Assembly: GCA_050575255.1 (NCBI GenBank)
Contig: JBNZDD010013634.1
Coordinates: 2,725,046 to 2,789,045, forward strand
Reading direction: 5' to 3'
DNA: 64,000 nucleotides
Source of the DNA: Harriotta raleighana
Lineage: Eukaryota
Part shown: positions 1-14,660 of the stretch, piece after piece
Layout of the letters: every line of letters starts with the position of its first letter
How positions within the stretch are numbered: position 1 is the first letter of the stretch
Notes under the pieces: generated by a model
Database searches by the model: none
What the model was told of the DNA's origin: nothing
The model's input: only the letters and a program-made list of their open reading frames with translations
Translations under genes and position numbers: made by a program

Positions 1-62
1 ACGGACTTACTCAACGATTAATCTATTGGATCAATAGACAAACTTAAAAATAACAATAATAT

Positions 63-263
63 AAATTGGTCACTTCGATCCCCGACTGTTTGTGGGTCTA
101 TGCTGTGCGCAATTGGCTGCCACGTTTCGCCCACAAACATAGAGTCAATTCATTTTACAGAATATTCTGTGAAGCGCTTTGAGACGTCTAGAAGACATGA
201 AAAGCTCTAAATCAACAACAACAACTTTGATTTATATCAAATGCAAGGGTTAGTATTATTATT
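63..263 (+). mobile_element. 5'-truncated SINE (duplicate at ~3569-3769)
   Basis: Body and tail of the same family. Confidence 0.85.
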
Positions 264-1477
264 TCAATTCATTGGTTGTTGTGCCACGAACCATTCTGTG
301 TTGAGATTTCCTCAATCCATAATGGTGCTAATTTTGTGAAGCCCAGGAAATATTGAGAGCCTTCTACGTTGACTCACCCTCCAGGTGTTCTACCCTTTAT
401 CTATGGCATAATGTGGCGCAACTCTCATTTTGACCATGTGAATGCTCTGTAACCTGGAAACTGCAAAATTATGACACAAGAGTGGCCCAAACTGGGGTTC
501 CCTCTGTAGGCAACATATATTAAAACTGTGTTTTCTCAGCAGATGTTTTTTTTCCTTTGAGAGTGCAAAACACACAATGCAAAAGGCTGCATAATGTATA
601 TTAAAAACACACCCAACCATTCTATGATACAACGAGTCATTGTATTATAAAACTAAACACTGCATTTTTTTTCAAAAAGGGTCAAACTTGCTATGTATTA
701 AAATACTTTTGAATATATTTTGGTGGATCATTGACTGTTGACATCTTTGTTGGACATTAATTCAGAGCATATCTGAAGGTGGCAGTTCATACTTTGCTTG
801 GAAATATTGAAAAACATCAGACATCAACATAGATGCAATTTGTATGTACAATTTGTAGATACAATTTGCGTCAGTGCTACAAGGTAGTGGCATTTTCGAA
901 CACTTTGTTTTTACATAGCACAAATTGCCTCGTGCAGATGCTGCTAAACAGATAGAACTTGTTCTAAAGACTCTCTTGGCAACAAATCGGAACCAGATTG
1001 AGGCTGGAATGAATGATCTCCACAGAGCTTTTCACTAATAAAAGCAGTGCAAAATTCTCTTTGGTTTTTCACAGATTATAACAATCAACAATTCCTGTTG
1101 AGTGTTCCTTGTTCTAATTCATGTTCAAATAACCCGCTGAGTTTGCCACTGGAACATTTACTATGACTAAATTCTGGTACAACAAGATGTTATAGGATAA
1201 TTCCAATGTTGCTGCTGTATTAATTAATTTACTTTCATTGGTCCTGCCTCTGAGAGTAGAAAAGGTGAGTCCACAGACCTTATAAGTATTTCTCAATGGA
1301 AACTAATAGGAGGTACTGTACACTTAACAAGGCAAGATAGCTTTCTCTGTTGGTCTTTTCCCTCACCCTTTCTCCCATCCGAGGAGGGTGTGTTCTGTTA
1401 CCATGAGGCATGCAACCTCAGGCTTTATTTAGTTTGTGGGCTTCTCGAATCAAACAGAACTGGTTTTCAAGGATAAT

Positions 1478-1780
1478 AATACAATAATCCTTACATTTGA
1501 TACAGCGCTTTTCACATCTTCTCGACGTCTCAAAGCGTTCACAAATATCCTATGAAGTGAATTGACTGTATATTTGTGGGTGAAATGTGCGGCAGCCAAT
1601 TGCATAGAGCAGGATTCCACAAACTTGTGCATTGAAGTGACCAATTTATTATTTATTTTCTTGAGGGATTATTATTTGGCATGTGGAGTAAGGAAACTTG
1701 CCCAAGGTTTCGCCCTGTCGGGAATGGAACCTAAGTCACCCACTTGCAATGCGAGTGCTCTAACCACTGCGATTCCAAGG
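1478..1780 (-). mobile_element. tRNA-derived SINE (duplicate at ~4996-5298)
   Basis: Same family. Confidence 0.85.
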
Positions 1781-1898
1781 ATGTGAATCCTGTGCAACTC
1801 TTGTTTAAACAAATAATGTTACTTTAAAATAATTACCATACAATATGCATGCAATAAAAGGGTACTTATATCATTGTTAGCAGCCTTTAGAAATTTTA

Positions 1899-1996
1899 GG
1901 CTGATGTAAGGTCATGGATCTGAAAGGTTAACTAATTTTCCTCTCTCCATGGATGCTGCCTAACCTGCTGCGTGTTTCCTAGTAACGTCTGTGTTT
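1899..1996 (+). mobile_element. Degenerate copy of the Penelope-like element (duplicate at ~5417-5514)
   Basis: ctgatgtaaggtcatggatctgaaaggttaact...ctctccatggatgctgcctaacctgctg resembles the 49.2-kb arm. Confidence 0.6.
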
Positions 1997-4900
1997 ACAT
2001 AGAAATTGTAGATCGGTTTCAAATCAACAAAAAAAACTTTGTGAGATTGTACTTTTTGTTTTGAAGAAGTAAAATTTCTCTTGTAAATGGAAGAAATCAT
2101 AGAATTTNTGAGTGTCACAAGGAACACTTTATGAAATTAACAAGATGAACTATCCTTAAAATGACATTATAATACTGTAATAATAATCCTTGCATTTGAT
2201 ATAGCACTTCACAGAATATACTGTAAAACAAATTGACTTTATATTTGTGGGCGAAATGCGGCAGCCAATTGCGCACAGGAGTTGTCTCACATAGGCATGG
2301 GAAAAGGGTTTCAGCAGCAGTAGAGTGAGGTGAGGGTATAAGGATATATGTATCAGAGATGGAGGCAACGCTTGTGTCTTTGGAGTTTCTGGTTTCCCAG
2401 AATTAACATTGTTAACACAGGGAGAACCCAGATGGAGGTTGGGTTTTTCCCTAGAGGAAGGGAGAGGATATCGGAGGACCAGTGATGACCTAATAGTAGG
2501 TTCCAGTTCAGCATTGGTTCAGGCCTGGGAGAAGGTGTTACTCTATAGGTGTAACCCAGATTCAAAAAATTGGAGGGTGTGAATGTCGAACAAGAAAATC
2601 ATAGCTCTCACTCTACAGAGCTGTTATTATGAACTGGGGATCTGGAAAGTTCACGGATTAATATTTTGCCAATCTTTCCCATTTTAGCCCTGAATATATT
2701 TGATTGAAAAGGTACAGTTGAAACAGATGCAGGGCAAACTAGTCTAGCAATTGAATTGCTGAATAAACACTATAGATGTCCATTGTTGGTAATATTATGA
2801 CACAGCCAGGAAATAATTGCCACAAGTAACTTGTTACGAAATGCCTTGTTATAGGTATCACAAGAAATAACTCATGAAACCTCAACAAATTTCAACCCCC
2901 ATAATCTTTTGTCAGTCCTTTTTTCATTGCTTTCCATTGGATCCCAACTTTTTGACTTGTAGAAATTATTCCATGTTTTAACAAAATATTTCAACACTGT
3001 TTATGATAAGTACAAGTGTGCTCTGATGTCTACCCGTGCGTGTACTTGGAGATGAATGGATTGAACTAAAAATCCTCAGATAATGACGTAGAATTACTGA
3101 TAATGTTACAACACGGAAACAAGCCATTCCACCTATCTAGTCTTTATACTCCACCTGATANCTCTCTCTGTGTCTGTGTGTGTCTCTCTCTGTGTGTCTG
3201 TGTCTGTCTCTCTGTGTCTGTCNACTTAACTCATCCTTATTGCCCCTCTCATACACCTCAATCCTTGATTTCAGGTACTATTTCAGTTACTATTCAGTTA
3301 CTAGTTACTAAATCTAATAAGAAAATTCCATTTTAAAGTGATGTATTTATAAAAGCTACTTGAGTCATATTAAAATTGTCCCTTCAAAATAGTTTTGAAT
3401 TTTAATTAAACTAAGTTAGATCTACTCTTAGCAAATCAAACATTTCAAGCGATGCAACTACAGAGGCTGTTCGTAAAGATACAGAATAGGAGTGGGAGAC
3501 GGCAGGACGGACTTACTCAACGATTAATCTATTGGATCAATAGACAAACTTAAAAATAACAATAATATAAATTGGTCACTTCGATCCCCGACTGTTTGTG
3601 GGTCTATGCTGTGCGCAATTGGCTGCCACGTTTCGCCCACAAACATAGAGTCAATTCATTTTACAGAATATTCTGTGAAGCGCTTTGAGACGTCTAGAAG
3701 ACATGAAAAGCTCTAAATCAACTACAACAACTTTGATTTATATCAAGTGCAAGGGTTAGTATTATTATTTCAATTCATTGGTTGTTGTGCCACGAACCAT
3801 TCTGTGTTGAAGTGGGCGGATAGATTTCCTCAATCCATAATGGTGCTAATTTTGTGAAGCCCAGGAAGTATTGAGAGCCTTCTACGTTGACTCACCCTCC
3901 AGGTGTTCTACCCTTTATCTATGGCATAATGTGGCGCAACTCTCATTTTGACCATGTGAATGCTCTGTAACCTGGAAACTGCAAAATTATGACACAAGAG
4001 TGGCCCAAACTGGGGTTCCCTCTGTAGGCAACATATATTAAAACTGTGTTTTCTCAGCAGATGTTTTTTTTCCTTTGAGAGTGCAAAACACACAATGCAA
4101 AAGGCTGCATAATGTATATTAAAAACACACCCAACCATTCTATGATACAACGAGTCATTGTATTATAAAACTAAACACTGCATTTTTTTTCAAAAAGGGT
4201 CAAACTTGCTATGTATTAAAATACTTTTGAATATATTTTGGTGGATCATTGACTGTTGACATCTTTGTTGGACATTAATTCAGAGCATATCTGAAGGTGG
4301 TAGTTCATACTTTGCTTGGAAATATTGAAAAACATCAGACATCAACATAGATGCAATTTGTATGTACAATTTGTAGATACAATTTGCGTCAGTGCTACAA
4401 GGTAGTGGCATTTTCGAACACTTTGTTTTTACATAGCACAAATTGCCTCGTGCAGATGCTGCTAAACAGATAGAACTTGTTCTAAAGACTCTCTTGGCAA
4501 CAAATCGGAACCAGATTGAGGCTGGAATGAATGATCTCCACAGAGCTTTTCACTAATAAAAGCAGTGCAAAATTCTCTTTGGTTTTTCACAGATTATAAC
4601 AATCAACAATTCCTGTTGAGTGTTCCTTGTTCTAATTCATGTTCAAATAACCCGCTGAGTTTGCCACTGGAACATTTACTATGACTAAATTCTGGTACAA
4701 CAAGATGTTATAGGATAATTCCAATGTTGCTGCTGTATTAATTAATTTACTTTCATTGGTCCTGTCTCTGAGAGTAGAAAAGGTGAGTCCACAGACCTTA
4801 TAAGTATTTCTCAATGGAAACTAATAGGAGGTACTGTACACTTAACAAGACAAGATAGCTTTCTCTGTTGGTCTTTTCCCTCACCCTTTCTCCCATCCGA

Positions 4901-7900
4901 GGAGGGTGTGTTCTGTTACCATGAGGCATGCAACCTCAGGCTTTATTTAGTTTGTGGGCTTCTCGAATCAAACAGAACTGGTTTTCAAGGATAATAATAC
5001 AATAATCCTTACATTTGATACAGCGCTTTTCACATCTTCTCGACGTCTCAAAGCGTTCACAAATATCCTATGAAGTGAATTGACTGTATATTTGTGGGTG
5101 AAATGTGCGGCAGCCAATTGCATAGAGCAGGATTCCACAAACTTGTGCATTGAAGTGACCAATTTATTATTTATTTTCTTGAGGGATTATTATTTGACAT
5201 GTGGAGTAAGGAAACTTGCCCAAGGTTTCGCCCTGTCGGGAATGGAACCTAAGTCACCCACTTGCAATGCGAGTGCTCTAACCACTGCGATTCCAAGGAT
5301 GTGAATCCTGTGCAACTCTTGTTTAAACAAATAATGTTACTTTAAAATAATTACCATACAATATGCATGCAATAAAAGGGTACTTAAATCATTGTTAGCA
5401 GCCTTTAGAAATTTTAGGCTGATGTAAGGTCATGGATCTGAAAGGTTAACTAATTTTCCTCTCTCCATGAATGCTGCCTAACCTGCTGCGTGTTTCCTAG
5501 TAACGTCTGTGTTTACATAGAAATTGTAGATCGGTTTCAAATCAACAAAAAAAAACTTTGTGAGGTTGTACTTTTTGTTTTGAAGAAGTAAAATTTCTCT
5601 TGTAAATGGAAGAAATCATAGAATTTATAGCATAGGAAAATGTTGGTCCATCGATTTTCTGCTGGTACTTAATCAACTGGAGCTAACCACACCAATCCCA
5701 ATTGTTTGTTCTTTTGCAGTAACCCTTTAAATTATTTTGCTTCAAATGTTTATCCAATTCTCTTTCAAACATTATTGTTGCCTTGGCTTGAATGAGTAAT
5801 TGTAGCAAAGCATTCCATGTTCTAATAACCCTTCGCGTGAGAAAGTTTAATCTCAAACGCTGCTTTAAATGAACCCGAACAAAACCTGTTTAGTGCTCAG
5901 TAAAGTGATACAAAATCGTTGCTAGACTTAATTTTGCCCATTCCGCCTTCATTATGATTTAATTGTTGTTTTTTTTACTTGGGCGGTAATGCTTTGCAAC
6001 TGCAATTAATTCACCGTGCAAAATATGACTCAGTAGTCATTTTCATGCATAAATTCACCGCTTGGCTCTGATAAAGATGAACGACTCTACCAGACAGGAT
6101 AATTCAGCCCACATACTATAATGTAGCATCATTGCAATGGACAAGTAGAATGAATATCCAGCTTTTCATTTGCTTTCATTCCACATTTCAAATACTTTCT
6201 TTGGGCATTGTTATTCAGCTCAATGATGCATATCTTAAACAAAGGTGGGCAGCTCGCACAGTACATTCTGTTATTCATTTATTTTCTCAGACACTGGCAT
6301 TTTCCAAGAAAATACGCAGTGAAGCAAAGTGTGGCCAAACACTGAACCAGACAAAGATGTGCACATTCTCAAGAACCTACGATCAAACCACTTATTTCAC
6401 AAGGCTTCATTTCCAGCAGGATATCGGACTAGCCAAATGGGTGACTGCTACAGCTGAAAAATTATATTGTTTTAAACTGCTTCCTGCAGCTTAAATGAAC
6501 TGTTAGTTTTTCGGCATGATGAGCGAAGTTTTCTTCACAAGTCCAACAGAACCCATCAACAATTTGAGCCTCATTTGTCTGAGATGGCGGTATTTTCTTT
6601 CTGGTTTATTTCGTAGTTTTTCTTTAAATTCTCCCTAGAGCTTTCCTTGTAGTCCAATAGTTTGTTCTTCTGAAGTACAGTACATCTGTTTGATTATTTG
6701 GGGGGGATTTATTTTGATTCCAAAACGAATTATACAACAATGTCCACTATTAAAGTTGTTGCATTGACCTCTTCACTGCACACACATTTCCAATAAGAAG
6801 GGCAAGCGATAGCCTGCTCTCAAAGCTCTGATTTTACTTTCCTAGTCACGAACTCTGGTACTATTTTTACATTCAACACCTCTATGCAATGCTCCCTTCT
6901 TAAAGAGTTTTAGAACTTTTACCTCAATCTCTGTTCAATCCAGTACCAGCACTGAATTAAATGCACTTTTGTCTATTATTTCAGATGGGAGTGGGGGAGA
7001 GTTCAAATACAACTAATTGTACCACAAACTTGGAGGATGTGACAGAACATTAATGGGAAAAACAACTGTTGATGCTTTGACTTAGCAGCTGGAGTTTGTT
7101 TCTTGCTGTGGTTCAACATTAAAGGAGCACTGTCTTAAGGAAAGATTTGCTAAAGTTTTTTCCCCCCTGTAAATATGCTCCTTTAAAATCAACAGCAGCT
7201 CCTAGCAGAGTTGCTGGATACTATGTATACATGAAATGTGTCTCTTGAGTTGAAGATGTTCTGATCATATACAAACCATTGCTTAGTATATGAAATGCCA
7301 AACATTCTTTGCGCATTCCTCATGTCTAGTAGATATCAATAAAGGTTTATAAGGCAACAAAACGGAATCACCAACTACTGTGGAAATAACATGTTTCAGT
7401 GTTAACATCAGTAGAGGAATCTTGTCAACACAGCACAACTTGGATGATCAGGAATGAAATGAAAACCTGGTCTTGTTCGATTTAACTTGTGTGCTTGCCG
7501 CAGTATATCAGGTAAAAATTAATCTATTGTCACCCAAAGCTGCTGAAAATCTTGGCAAATGTGAATCGTGAGGCTTGGGTTTGATGCACGGTTGCAAGTT
7601 AAGGTACATTCTTCAGCACTTTGACTCTCTGCTTTGTAGATCAATCACAGAGCTCTCATTAAGATAAGTCATTGTAAACAAAGAGATGGCAAACTATAGG
7701 CAAATTCCTTGAAATGCTAAAAAGTCAGTTCCTTTCCCACTGACAGTCGCACATGGAAAGAAGCTTCAAACTCTGAAATTCAAAACAGCGAAATAAACAT
7801 TCAAGCGCAGGATTATAAATGAAATGATCAAACTCGTAAAACCACTCCAAAATTACCCCTTTATTGTTCCACGCTCTGATTTTCTTCCTCCTCTGAAGGC

Positions 7901-10900
7901 TTCATGGTGGGGATCTATTCAAATACTTGGCAACTCAAAAAATTATGCATCTCAGTTCCCGAACTTAGCCTTTGGGAAACAGCAAGCAGTACATCACATA
8001 ATAGTTAACTGACAGTAATCTGCAAGGTCTAGCAACTACATATGAACTCAGGAATGTACAGGACATCGTCCCAACTCAGCTTTAAGGGTTAACTCATACT
8101 GGAGTGTAAGAAGATGGTATTGACATAAAAGGTTATTGTAAGGCAATGACTACAATTGATTCANCAGGACATCGTCCCAACTCAGCTTTAAGGGTTAACT
8201 CATACTGGAGTGTAAGAAGATGGTATTGACATAAAAGGTTATTGTAAGGCAATGACTATTGATTCGAAGAGGAATGATGAGAACGTTTATGCCAAACGCT
8301 GGCTTCACTATCTGTACCGACTGAAAGACAACNTGATTCAAAGAGGAATGATGAGAACGTTTATGCCAAACGCTGGCTTCACTATCTGTACCGACTGAAA
8401 GACAACCTTTCATGAAAGGGCCTTCTGTTGCCCCAACTCAGATCTTAGTTTTGCGTCCATCAAGCTCTGCCAATATTTCTGGAGAAGACTCAAGCGAAAA
8501 AAATAGTGGGTTCCTGCGGCTTGAAAAGCTTATTAAATACACACCAACTTAAGCAGTAATTCCATCAATATAAAGAGGTCTGAAGACTCTAAAAGATGAA
8601 GCTAGGTTTGGGCTCAATACTAATCCCATAAGCAAAAGCGAGCCAAGCACAATGAACCGGTTTGAAAATATTGAAACTAAATAAACTATAGTATAAAACA
8701 TCCTTTAATACTGGGGAACTTCAAGCAAAGTCCAGTATAGCATATTTTAATAAATTTTCAACAGCGTGGAATAAAATTAACTGTTTAACATCAATGCAAA
8801 CATTTTGTTTTTAAATATTTACTTTATAGATACAATATATTAATTTCAATAACAGTTCAACATTAGTCAGGTGAAGTTATATAAATGCTGTAATACAAAA
8901 TAGACGTATGATCTGCCATCTAGCTGCACGTTCTGATTACTGTACTTGTAAGCACAGGAAAAACAATAGGTCTTCTTATTTTATGAAACTTCTTAAAAGT
9001 TCAATCATTCGATCATTAAACAAAAATTGAGTATTTCCAACATCAATGAAATGTTTTGAACGCTCTTGTAAATTTATGAACCTTGGTGATATGAGGTTCA
9101 AACAAGATTTTCTTATTATGGGTGTACAAAGCCAAGGTCACTATGTTTAACCAACCAGCAGCAAATAACATATGTTTGCCTGCCAAAGGCAATTAATTTA
9201 CTAATGAGTGGAAAATCACTGGCCTCATTGACTATAGGAATAGGAGGTGATGGAGGTTAGGGTCTGCGTTTGTAGATGAGAAATGAAAGTACAACATGTT
9301 TTCTGATACAGCAGGTATTATATGCCATACCACGAGTGTTTTACGCTGTAGTTAGTTCATTTTGGCTGCGAAAAACCTTTTCCTCACGAAACTTTGATTC
9401 AGTTCCCAGAAATCAAAGAATGAACATACAGACAAATGGTGTAATTCTCGTTATGAAAACAATTGTTATGCAATAGAAATCGATGTCCCAGAAATGTGGA
9501 ACGATTCTGTTTGCATCTAAATTATAGAAAATGTTTTAAGAAGATAAAATTCTCTTTCAGAGAACCAAAAAATTTTTTTGTTTGTTTTGCGACAGAGTGC
9601 TGAGATGTATGGCATTGTTGTAGAACTACTGTATCTTGTATTACATTTATTGCAAATTGTTTCAGGTTTTTTAAAATTCATTTGAAACTTTGATGTATTC
9701 TTTCATTACCTTGCCACAGGGACCTAATCTTAGAGTACATGAGTCTCCCAGTATAAATAAAAATGGAGTGTTAATTTATATTCTCTGTGTTTTGACTTCA
9801 TTGCTGTTGTGCACTCTGTAAAATGTTTTGCAACACATCTGCAATGATCTCTGATAGCCCCATACAATCTTTTCCCCCAAGCAGTTTAACAGTGAATCAC
9901 AGATCATGTTTCTTAGCTTAAGGGAAAGGTGTAGGTTCCCCAGTGATTTTACAACTTATAAGGTGAATATTCTTTAATACAATGCAGAAAAACTGTTTGA
10001 AATCACTGGTCCTTTGTATCATGTGGTTCTGAGACTAAAGGAAACAATTTTTTATATCACAATAATAATTAGTTTTATAGTCCTCGCATTTGATATAGTG
10101 GTTTATCATGTTATTAAGACATCTCAAAGTACTCCACAGGATATACTATAAAGTGGATTGCTTGCATTTTGTGGGTGAAATGTGGCAGCCAGTTTGCGCT
10201 CAGCAATGGCCCACAATCAGCGATGGAGTGAGTGCCCAATTTTATTTGGGGGATTTATACATACATCCACAAATATATTCCCAAGTGGTAAACCAGGATC
10301 ACAGAGAGAGGAGACAGCACAATGTGGTGTTGGGAGCAGATGACAGAAAACAACTGGTAAAATTTGACAAGAGGGTTGAGGATTGGCTTTACAAGCCAGC
10401 CAACTGGCTGTAACACAATCTTAAGGTTTGATGACTTATCACTGTTGCAGCTTATGATCTCATCTGATTTTGAGACAACTATCCTTGTCAATGTTGCCTC
10501 CAGCTGGATCCTGATGTTCAATCTCCTGTTACACAAATAAAAGCGGGAAAAATTGGACCGTGTTTCAGCCTTGGAACAGATTCTCCAGACAACTTTTATT
10601 CTATATGTCCCACTTATTTTCAACGAATAAACATTACTGATATGCAATGGAAATGTTATTTTTCTTTCTATTTAGCCGTCATCCCCTGGATTTACTCTAA
10701 ATTAATCATAAATAAGAGACCAGAAAGGCATCTTATTATGAAGCAAAGTTTGAAAATCTCAAGGAACTAAAAAGCAGAACACCCTTTGACAAAGCACAAC
10801 CCAATTCTTTGAACCCTAGTTGACTAAGTGGACATTTTACATGAACAAGAATATTTTATTTCCTGCCTTATTAAACAATGTTATATCAAAACCAACATAA

Positions 10901-11522
10901 AATAGCACAATACCATACTTCCTGGGCAATTAATAAGAATTAGCTTCCATTACATTTTTTCCGCTTGTAGAAATGATATATACTACCCTCAATAAGAACA
11001 GAGGCAATGAAATGGAAAAGTTGCTCTTAACCTTCTTTCAAGATCGATAGGAAACTGACTTCAAAGATGAGACTGAATTTGACAATTTGCCAAGCTCTGA
11101 ACATCTGAAAGGCTACCTTAATTTAATAAATCTACACCCTGGTGAAATTTCACCCTATTAATGTGGCTGGTTGTTTTTCTCTTGTGTCATGAAAATACAT
11201 GTACTTCAACAGGTATAACAGGTCCAGTAAGAATTGTGCTTTGCATTGTGTAATGCATCAGGCTGAATCAGAAGCACAGGTAGAAAGAACACAGTGAAAC
11301 AATAGTGGGAGGAGGGGTAAAGTCAATCATAAGAAAGTGTGACAAACTCACGTAAGTGAGTTTATCTAAGCTTTGTTAAAGAGAACAAATCTTTGTTTGC
11401 AGTTGGGCTGCAAACAAAATGCCCACAACTAATGATACCTGATGCTGGAAATGTGCACATCACCCACAAAATACACCATTCCACCGTAGATTCTGTGAAG
11501 CTCTTTGAGACGTCTTATTATA

Positions 11523-11815
11523 TTAATAATAATCCTTGCATTTGATATAGCGCTTTCCACATCTAGCTGTTTCAAAATGCTTCACAGAATATACGGTAAA
11601 GTGAATTGACTGTATATTTGTGGGCAAAATGCGACAGCCAATTCCACAACGCTGTGTTCCACAAACACTCGTGGAATGAAGTGAGCAATTTCTTATTGCT
11701 TTTTTTCTTGAGGGATTATTTTCAGGTGGATGGAGTAAAGAAATTTGCCCACGATTTTGCCCTGCCAGGAATCAAAGCCAGGTCTCACACTTGTGAGGTG
11801 AGTTTGCTGTGCTAC
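11523..11815 (-). mobile_element. tRNA-derived SINE
   Basis: Same family; a partial + strand piece lies just upstream (~11450-11520). Confidence 0.85.
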
Positions 11816-14349
11816 AGTAGTTTGATAAACGTTGTAAAGTACTACAGTATATCAAATGAAAGGATTATTATTGATTTTAGATGTGAAAACTGGCTAAGGA
11901 CAGGACTAGGTTTGCCTGTGTATTGACTCAAAGAGTTTATCTGTTGGTTGATCTGAAAAACTTGCTGCCAAGAATGAAACTTGCATTTGGGAGCCCATAA
12001 ATTTAATCCAATAAATTCAATCCTCAGATTGTGTTGACATCAAAAAGGGCATCAGTGAGAATCATTATACAGTATTGGCCTCAATGACCCTATGCTAGAG
12101 AAGGACAAAATTACCCATTAACAACCGATGACTTCCTCTTCCCTCCAAAATGGAAGGAATACATGACTATTAGAACAGGAAGGGTTGTGACTTGTGGCAG
12201 CATCAGAGTTGAACAAGCCTCTGTCACTCACTGACTGGGTTCACACATGATCACGTAAAGCATTGAAACTCGAAGCATTCTTACAGCGTTTTGAGATGAA
12301 ACTGTTTATTTTGGAAGTGCATCATTTCAATTATTTCTGAATGAATAAATAAATATAATTCCCCGATGAAAGCAGCAATATACAAATGCTGTTGCAATCG
12401 TCTGGACAGCTTATGGATCTCTATGTCTAGGCAGACAGCTCGAGGCTTCAGCGAGTCGCATTCCCACAGGATTGTCGAGTCTGGATACTTTAGGTTCAGA
12501 ATTTAACCTCGCCTTCGTGGATGTTTACATTAAATTGAATCCCACAGATTTTTTGAAAACCACAAATCTATTGTCATGACATAGTTCTGGTTAGTTGATT
12601 GTGACTGTTGGGAATTTAATGCATCCATCAATACGCAAGACCTATGTGATAATACGATAATAATCCTGGCAGTTGGTACAGCGCTTAACATCTCAAAGTC
12701 TTTCATTTTGGATATCTGCTGTTTGGTGTTCAAGCACAGTCCCTGTTGTGATAGGTCCAGCAGAACCCCTGATGTCTTGAATCAAAGGCTTCTGAATAGT
12801 TTGAAAGAATAGCCTGGATTTGTATTACAAATACCTTTCGTTTACATGTACAAATCCGAGTCATTTGATTTATATGAACAGCTCATATGACAGATTGCAG
12901 CCAAAGCTAGTTGAACAGCTTCACGGAATATACTAAAAACTGAATTGACTATATATATTTTGATATCTATGGGAACGAATAAGAAACTACATGGTTGAAT
13001 AGCCTGCTGACACCCAGAGCCTGTATTTGAACATGAATAATGGCCACTTGAGCAAGGTACAGGAAGGCTCCTGGAACGCAAGCAAGAGCCAGCACCTTCA
13101 GGGGAGTATGCATGTAAAATAAAAGCACAGACCAATGACACAGACCAAAAATAAATGCTGTGGTGTTACTTTACTGAATACTTATCACCTTTCATTGGAT
13201 TATTCAAAGGAAGCTGCTGAGGAACATAGGAAATGTGAGATGAAAAGCTCACCAAAAAGTTCACTTTCCACCGTCCTGCAGTTGCATGTGCGTGTCACGT
13301 CCTGGACTACTCAATACACTGTATCCCTAAATATTACCTCCATTTTAATTAAAGATAAACTCTACTTGTTTAGGATCATTGTGCATCCCTGTTACTGTTA
13401 TAAGTTAACAGAAGCAATTTGTTTCACATTTAATCCATGCATTTGTAGTTTTACACACCACCCACGAGCACAAGAAATTTTCATGAAGAACTTCTGGAGG
13501 CACAATTGAAACAAAACGTTTAAGACAAATACAAAAGTGAGGCAACATAGGAGAGTTCTCCAGTTCAGCCTAATCATAATAATCTTTGACTCAACTACAA
13601 CACCTGGACTGAAAATTCAAGATGACAGCATTGAAGCTAAAATAAACTGGCATCTCAGAGCTAGGGGGAATTGGAATCCTGAACAAGAGAAAGTAATTTG
13701 TGGTCCAGTCACTCTTTTCCTTATTGTGTAATTTTTTGATTTAAAAATCAATGTTTTATTAAAATTTCCTTCCATCACCTTCAATCTCACTGGTCACAGG
13801 TAATCAAACCTGAGCTTTGTTCCAGACAGTCCTTTTTATGCTAAGTCTAGAATTTGGGTGCTAAAGATTAATTTTCCTTACCTTAAACGATACCATCTTG
13901 AAGCCTTTTTATTCGCATGCATCTTACTTTCTTGTATCAAATCTGAACCTTGTGTAAAATTGCCACCCTCCAATTGTGCAAAACTCCTCTAATATTGCTA
14001 ACTTTTCCCATTTACAATCTAAACCACAACTCTTGTTACAGCAAATTAATAGTGGCTACAGATTACTACACCAGTGATTCTTTTTGCTCGTTCACTATTT
14101 TTAATGTTTTGCTTAAACCATGGGTTAAATTAACACAAGACATGAAAGGTCAGATTAAAATGAATGTACTGTAATTTAGTTAAATTGTAAACAATTTCCT
14201 GTTACAATATCACTTTCATATTTAACATGTTTATTGTAATCCAATTATACAAACAATTCATAATATATTGCCTGGCTGATTTCAGTTTATCATCCTCTGA
14301 ACATAAATATTAATTTAAATATTAATGTTATTCACAAAGGATTGTGCCT

Positions 14350-14660
14350 TTATCCAACATCGAGGATGCTGGTCCTAACTTTCAAAGCCCTTCATGGCCT
14401 CACTCCCCCCTACCTCTGCGTCCTACTAACCAACCCCCTACCAACCTGCCCGCTCCCTCCACTTGGTGGGCTCTGGCCTGCTTCATGTCTCCCGCCTCAC
14501 TCGCCCCACCATTGACGGGCAGACTTTCAACCACTCTTCCCCCAATCTCTGGAACTCCATCCCGCAGTCCCACAACCTTGCCCTCCTCTCTTGCCTCCTT
14601 CAAGATCTGTCTCAAGACCTTCCCCTTCAATATGTCTTTGGTCACCTCCTCCCTCCCAGT
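14350..14660 (+). mobile_element. Degraded L2 LINE fragment
   Basis: GSGLLHVSRL...TFNHSSPNLWNSIP, SSLASFKICLKT across frames; similar to the 47-kb copy. Confidence 0.8.

Larger units (their letters stand above)
1..5626. repeat. Near-identical 2.1-kb duplication (1-2107 vs 3507-5626), probable assembly artifact
   Basis: Identical apart from a few SNPs, a 12-bp indel and a homopolymer difference; copy 1 ends exactly at n (2108). Confidence 0.85.

Noticed and set aside
8271-8340. Apparent C/D-box snoRNA (ATGATGA ... nTGA with a terminal stem) and CRISPR-like tandem repeat
   Set aside because: The 'D box' and stem are created by the n gap at 8333 joining two overlapping copies; assembly artifact.
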